This document shows, in pieces, positions 60,148-64,000 of a DNA stretch of 64,000 bases. The position numbers and the translations under genes are program-made. The stretch is from positions 2,688,001 to 2,752,000 of the forward strand of contig OY759353.1 in NCBI GenBank assembly GCA_963662315.1, written 5' to 3'. Under the pieces are notes generated by a model, which made no database searches, had not been told where the DNA came from, and was given only the letters and a program-made list of their open reading frames with translations. The stretch is from Geopsychrobacteraceae bacterium (lineage in GTDB: Bacteria; Desulfobacterota; Desulfuromonadia; Desulfuromonadales; Geopsychrobacteraceae). Position 1 is the stretch's first letter. Every line of letters starts with the position of its first letter.

Positions 60148-60935
60148 CCTGGCCAAAACCTTCACAATTCAGCCGCCGCACCCTGAGAGTCTGGCAACGT
60201 AACTTTGATGTTTACCGCAAAAACTGGAAAGTTTCTTTTATTCCACCACTGATGGAACCGGTTTTCTACATTCTTGCCTTTGGCATGGGCCTGTCAGTTA
60301 TGGTCGGCGATTTCGAGGTCAATGGCCAGACCATCGGCTACACACGCTTTATTGCCCCAGCTCTGGTGGCCGTCGCCATCATGTACAATGCGTTTTTCGA
60401 AACGACCTACAACTCGTTTGTGCGCATGTACTATCAGAAAACCTTCGATGCCCTGCTGGCCACACCGCTGAACCTGGAAGAAATCATTCTTGGTGAACTG
60501 CTATGGGCCGCGACCAAAGCCGTCATCGCCTCAACGCTGATGGCGATCATGCTGACCCTGTTTGGACTGCTCTCTTATCCGGGAGCTCTTCTGCTTCCTC
60601 TATTAGCAATACTGGGAGGTCTTTTTTTTGCCGCACTTGGAATGATCTGCACCGCATTGATCCCGACCATCGACCTGTTCAACCTGCCGATCTTCCTGGG
60701 GATCACCCCCATGTTCCTGTTCAGCGGCACCTTCTTCCCTTTGCAGAATCTCCCGTCCTGGGCTCAAGGAATCGCCTGGTGCCTCCCCTTGACCCACCTG
60801 GTGAACCTGGTGCGCAGCTGTACCCTGCATATGTGGGCGGACAATTTGTGGTGGAGTGTTATCTACCTGGGTGTGATGGCAGTGATCATGTTACCGTTGT
60901 CGATCGCGTTGATGGTGAGAAGAATTATTAAATAG
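60144..60935 (+). CDS. ABC-2 permease (NodJ-like)
   Basis: VWQRN, EPVFY, PMFLFSGTFFP; ATGA overlap with the ATPase gene. Confidence 0.88.
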   Translation: MTWPKPSQFSRRTLRVWQRNFDVYRKNWKVSFIPPLMEPVFYILAFGMGLSVMVGDFEVNGQTIGYTRFIAPALVAVAIMYNAFFETTYNSFVRMYYQKTFDALLATPLNLEEIILGELLWAATKAVIASTLMAIMLTLFGLLSYPGALLLPLLAILGGLFFAALGMICTALIPTIDLFNLPIFLGITPMFLFSGTFFPLQNLPSWAQGIAWCLPLTHLVNLVRSCTLHMWADNLWWSVIYLGVMAVIMLPLSIALMVRRIIK

Positions 60936-61102
60936 TAAATAAGTGAAGGTTTAAGTAGTTAGAAGAACAGAGAAAGAAAAGTTACGAGTTCCAGGTACTG
61001 CCCCTTGCCCATAAGGTACGCAGTACCTTGGGCTGCCAGTCAATTACTCCCGGCAACAACAAACCGCAGTCCTCAACAATTCTCGTCAGTTATTTTGACC
61101 TT

Positions 61103-61171
61103 TCCGGGCACTTTTGCCTCCTTTTCTTGCCCTGGAAAAAAGGAGGGCGTCGATCGGGGGCGCGACCCCGA
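61103..61171 (-). repeat. Third copy of the double-hairpin module
   Basis: 16-mer cgggggcgcgaccccg identical to 22389-22404, plus a cctcctttt/aaaaggagg stem. Confidence 0.65.
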
Positions 61172-61208
61172 GGTCTTGATTGTTTTTTTGTAATGAAACT
61201 GTCAAAAG

Positions 61209-62506
61209 GGTAGTGTTCAAAATTCTGTGTCAATTCGTTACTATCATCACAACCAAAGGAATGACACATGACTCAACCCAAAATCACCTTCGATCTAGAC
61301 GCTGCTCTTGCGGCCTTGCGTGAAGGCAAGGATCTCAACGGCAAAGACGGGATTCTCACTCCGCTGATCAAGCAGCTTACAGAAGCCGCCATACAGGCCG
61401 AACTTGATGAGCACTTGGCCAATGAGGAAGGCCCGAATCGCAAAAACGGTAAAACGTCAAAAACAGTCAAGTCCCTCTCGGACAGTTTTATTCTTGATAC
61501 TCCGCGTGATCGCGCCAATACCTTTGAGCCTCAGCTGGTTAAAAAAAATCAGACTCAGCTTACCGATGAGTTGGAGCGGAAAATCATTGCCCTGTTTGCT
61601 CTTGGTACGAGCTATCAGGATATTCGGCAACATGTCTCCGACATGTATGGAATTTCCGTTTCCAACGGCACAATTAACGCCGTAACCGACAAGCTCTTGC
61701 CGGACTTGCAAGCCTGGCGAGAGCGCGATCTTGAAGCGATTTATCCGATCCTCTGGCTGGACGCTATCCACTACAAGGTCAAGGAAAACGGCCGTTATAT
61801 CGGTAAGGCGATCTACACCATCCTGGGCCTGAACATCGAAGGCAAGAAAGAGCTTCTCGGACTCTATCTCTCCGACAATGAAGGGGCACACCACTGGTTA
61901 AGCGTTCTTACCGATCTGCATAACCGCGGGGTACAGGACATTTTGATCGCATGTGTCGATGGCCTCAAGGGTTTCCCCGAAGCTATCGAAAGCATCTATC
62001 CGAATACTGAAATCCAGCACTGCGTCATCCACCAGATTCGCAATTCGATCAAGTATGTAGCCTCAAAGAATCAAAAGGCCTTCATGGCTGATCTGAAGTG
62101 TGTCTACAAGGCAGCGACCCTCAACGCAGCGGAGCTGGCTTTGGACGACTTGGAATCGAAATGGGGTGAGAAGTATCCCATGGTCATTAAGTCTTGGCGC
62201 AGTAAATGGCCGACCTTATCCAACTATTTCAAGTACCCCGATTACGTCCGGACAGCCATCTATACCACCAATGCTGTGGAGGCGGTTCACCGACAGTTCC
62301 GCAAACTGACCAAGACAAAGGGTGGCTTCGCCAATGAAAACAGCTTGCTGAAGCTGCTTTACGCTGGCATACTCAAGGCCTCCGAGCGTTGGACACATCC
62401 GATTCAGAACTGGAATCTGACGCTGGCTCAGCTGACCATCCATTTTCCGGGTCGGCTGGAAAAACATCTCAGTCTATGAGCCTGACACAGAATCCTGAAC
62501 ACCCTC
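61209..62506 (+). mobile_element. IS256-family insertion sequence, 1298 bp
   Basis: Imperfect TIRs ggtaGTGTTCAaaATTCTGTGTCA / TGACACAGAATccTGAACACcctc; 8-bp direct repeat GTCAAAAG at 61201-61208 and 62507-62514. Confidence 0.93.
61268..62479 (+). CDS. IS256-family (Mutator-type DDE) transposase
   Basis: PRDR..TFEP, LDAIHYKV, DGLKGF, Q.C.IHQIRN, YTTNAVE. Confidence 0.95.
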   Translation: MTQPKITFDLDAALAALREGKDLNGKDGILTPLIKQLTEAAIQAELDEHLANEEGPNRKNGKTSKTVKSLSDSFILDTPRDRANTFEPQLVKKNQTQLTDELERKIIALFALGTSYQDIRQHVSDMYGISVSNGTINAVTDKLLPDLQAWRERDLEAIYPILWLDAIHYKVKENGRYIGKAIYTILGLNIEGKKELLGLYLSDNEGAHHWLSVLTDLHNRGVQDILIACVDGLKGFPEAIESIYPNTEIQHCVIHQIRNSIKYVASKNQKAFMADLKCVYKAATLNAAELALDDLESKWGEKYPMVIKSWRSKWPTLSNYFKYPDYVRTAIYTTNAVEAVHRQFRKLTKTKGGFANENSLLKLLYAGILKASERWTHPIQNWNLTLAQLTIHFPGRLEKHLSL

Positions 62507-62544
62507 GTCAAAAGAAAGATCGCAGGGCCTCGCCTTTAATCCCT

Positions 62545-64000
62545 TCATTTCTTTGGAATTTTTATAAGCTTAAATCCTGCCGCAACATATAGATAATTTT
62601 CATCAGCTTCAAGGTCGTAGCAGCTATTGCCACTGAAAAGAGTTTTAACTATTCCTCCCCCCTGAGGCATTTTAAAAACTGAATCACCCGCTATCCAATA
62701 GATATAATCATCATCGACCAAAAGTCCATCTGCTTCATCTGAGAGATCGTCACTAAGGTAAATGTTCTGAGTTGTCAGCTCAACATAGTATACCTCTCCC
62801 TCAGATATAAAATATAAAACGTCATCATGTTCATACAAACTTGTTATCTCATCTGGCCATGTTAACGTAACGGGTTCAAAGTCAACTCCATTTTTTGCAA
62901 CAATAGTTATCGTTCCGCCACCAGATGTTCCGCCAACATTTCCTAGCACAAACAGTCGGTCACGATATGGAATAATACTGCGTCCTGAACCCTCTACTGA
63001 TACCAATAATTTCGATTCCTTGCTTTTCAGATCAAAAGAATAAACATCAAAAGTTCTGGTTGAACTACTAGAGCCAATAATATAGAGAGTATCTCCTTCT
63101 CCAGTCATATATTTAGGCGAAAATGATTGATCAGAAGGAACTATCCATTCCTCATTTAGTGTTGCCTGCCCAGTATTAGGAATTGTTTTTACTCCCTCGG
63201 TATCTCCAATTAAGACATGGCCACTATACAAAGATAATTGTGCTCCAGCTCCAGGATTTCTTAAAATTACTGTAGGCTCTTCCCCATTTTTTCCAACTCT
63301 TACAATAGCATTATTAATTGCCCAATAGAAATCCGTTGAATCCGCAGCAAAAACTCCATTGGGTTCAAATTTCCTCTCCAATTCGGAAACTAGCACAACT
63401 TCTCCACCGTTTTTAGGAGCTCTATAAATACTGACCACAGAATTCAGAAAATCGTACAGAGTCCAATAAATGAAATCATTATCCGCTGGTAACAAATATG
63501 TAAAGTGTGCATTCCCAGGTTGAACACTCGTAATATCAATGATATTTGTACCTTCATCCTGGATTTTTTTTACTCTTCCACCATTGTAAAAAAAGAGTCC
63601 ATCAACATCTGGCGATATATCGCGACTTTGAATGTACTCTGAGAAAACTAAGCGGGTAGACGAACCGTCCTTAGCAAGGCAATATAATTCGTTTTCATTG
63701 ACAAGTGCATATAGGTAACCATCAGTTACAAATAAAGGAATTTCACTGAAAAAATTAAGATTGTCTGATCCAGGTAGATTCGTTAAGAATTCAATACTCC
63801 CATCTTCAGTTGAAATTTTGTAAACGTCCCCAGTCAAAGATTCAGATGCATAAATAAAATCACCATCAAAAACAACTCGAAGCCTGTTCTCTACAGTTGC
63901 TTCAAATAAGACCTCGGTAGAATCTTCATCGATCTCACCCCATTCCGAGGTTAATGCCAAAGGGGTTCTGAGCAACTGTCCTTCAGTAACCCAATAGGCA
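62545..64000 (-). CDS. Low-GC beta-propeller repeat protein (DUF5050-like); start lies beyond the window
   Basis: Repeated blade motifs (ADNDFIYW, ADSTDFYW, VDDDYIYW, ADENYLYV); the frame stays open to the window edge (AYWVTEGQLLRTP...). Confidence 0.7.
   Translation of the reverse strand, partial: AYWVTEGQLLRTPLALTSEWGEIDEDSTEVLFEATVENRLRVVFDGDFIYASESLTGDVYKISTEDGSIEFLTNLPGSDNLNFFSEIPLFVTDGYLYALVNENELYCLAKDGSSTRLVFSEYIQSRDISPDVDGLFFYNGGRVKKIQDEGTNIIDITSVQPGNAHFTYLLPADNDFIYWTLYDFLNSVVSIYRAPKNGGEVVLVSELERKFEPNGVFAADSTDFYWAINNAIVRVGKNGEEPTVILRNPGAGAQLSLYSGHVLIGDTEGVKTIPNTGQATLNEEWIVPSDQSFSPKYMTGEGDTLYIIGSSSSTRTFDVYSFDLKSKESKLLVSVEGSGRSIIPYRDRLFVLGNVGGTSGGGTITIVAKNGVDFEPVTLTWPDEITSLYEHDDVLYFISEGEVYYVELTTQNIYLSDDLSDEADGLLVDDDYIYWIAGDSVFKMPQGGGIVKTLFSGNSCYDLEADENYLYVAAGFKLIKIPKK

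Noticed and set aside
59236..60935. nodI/nodJ as evidence of Nod-factor export
   Set aside because: No nodABC genes; this ABC-2 subfamily is widespread, so no symbol or function was assigned.
1..64000. CRISPR arrays, tRNA/rRNA genes, selenocysteine read-through or programmed frameshifts
   Set aside because: No regularly spaced repeats, cloverleaf or rRNA signatures, or interrupted conserved ORFs were seen by eye; small RNAs could still have been missed without a covariance search.

Overview
A mostly core-genome, respiration-rich 64 kb window, most likely from a Desulfuromonadales (Geobacter/Desulfuromonas-like) bacterium; the taxonomy is inferred from gene content only. Left to right it holds: partial recQ, a UbiD-family gene, a complete 14-gene nuoA-N operon, hslO, an ABC-2 pair and small genes; a two-gene radical-SAM cassette (YydG/EpeE-like enzyme plus a 199-aa precursor-like protein); a cytochrome c/Fe-S/NrfD (Cbc4-like) operon with heme-sensing sigma54 two-component genes; a second UbiD, cysteine synthase, ImcH-like and CbcL-like inner-membrane multiheme cytochromes, the Fo atpZIBE cluster and hemL; a FadL-MBL-ferredoxin-MFS-MBL cluster; an octaheme HAO-family gene with a divergent heme-sensor/sigma54 pair; a second ABC-2 pair; an intact IS256 with an 8-bp target duplication; and a low-GC beta-propeller gene running off the right edge. 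The best novelty candidate is the radical-SAM/precursor cassette (24497-26156). Next are an sRNA candidate with an anti-Shine-Dalgarno loop, a three-copy hairpin/pseudoknot element, and a shared operator upstream of nuo, cbcL and atp. No rRNA, tRNA or CRISPR array was seen. All family assignments come from motif recognition, not from database searches.
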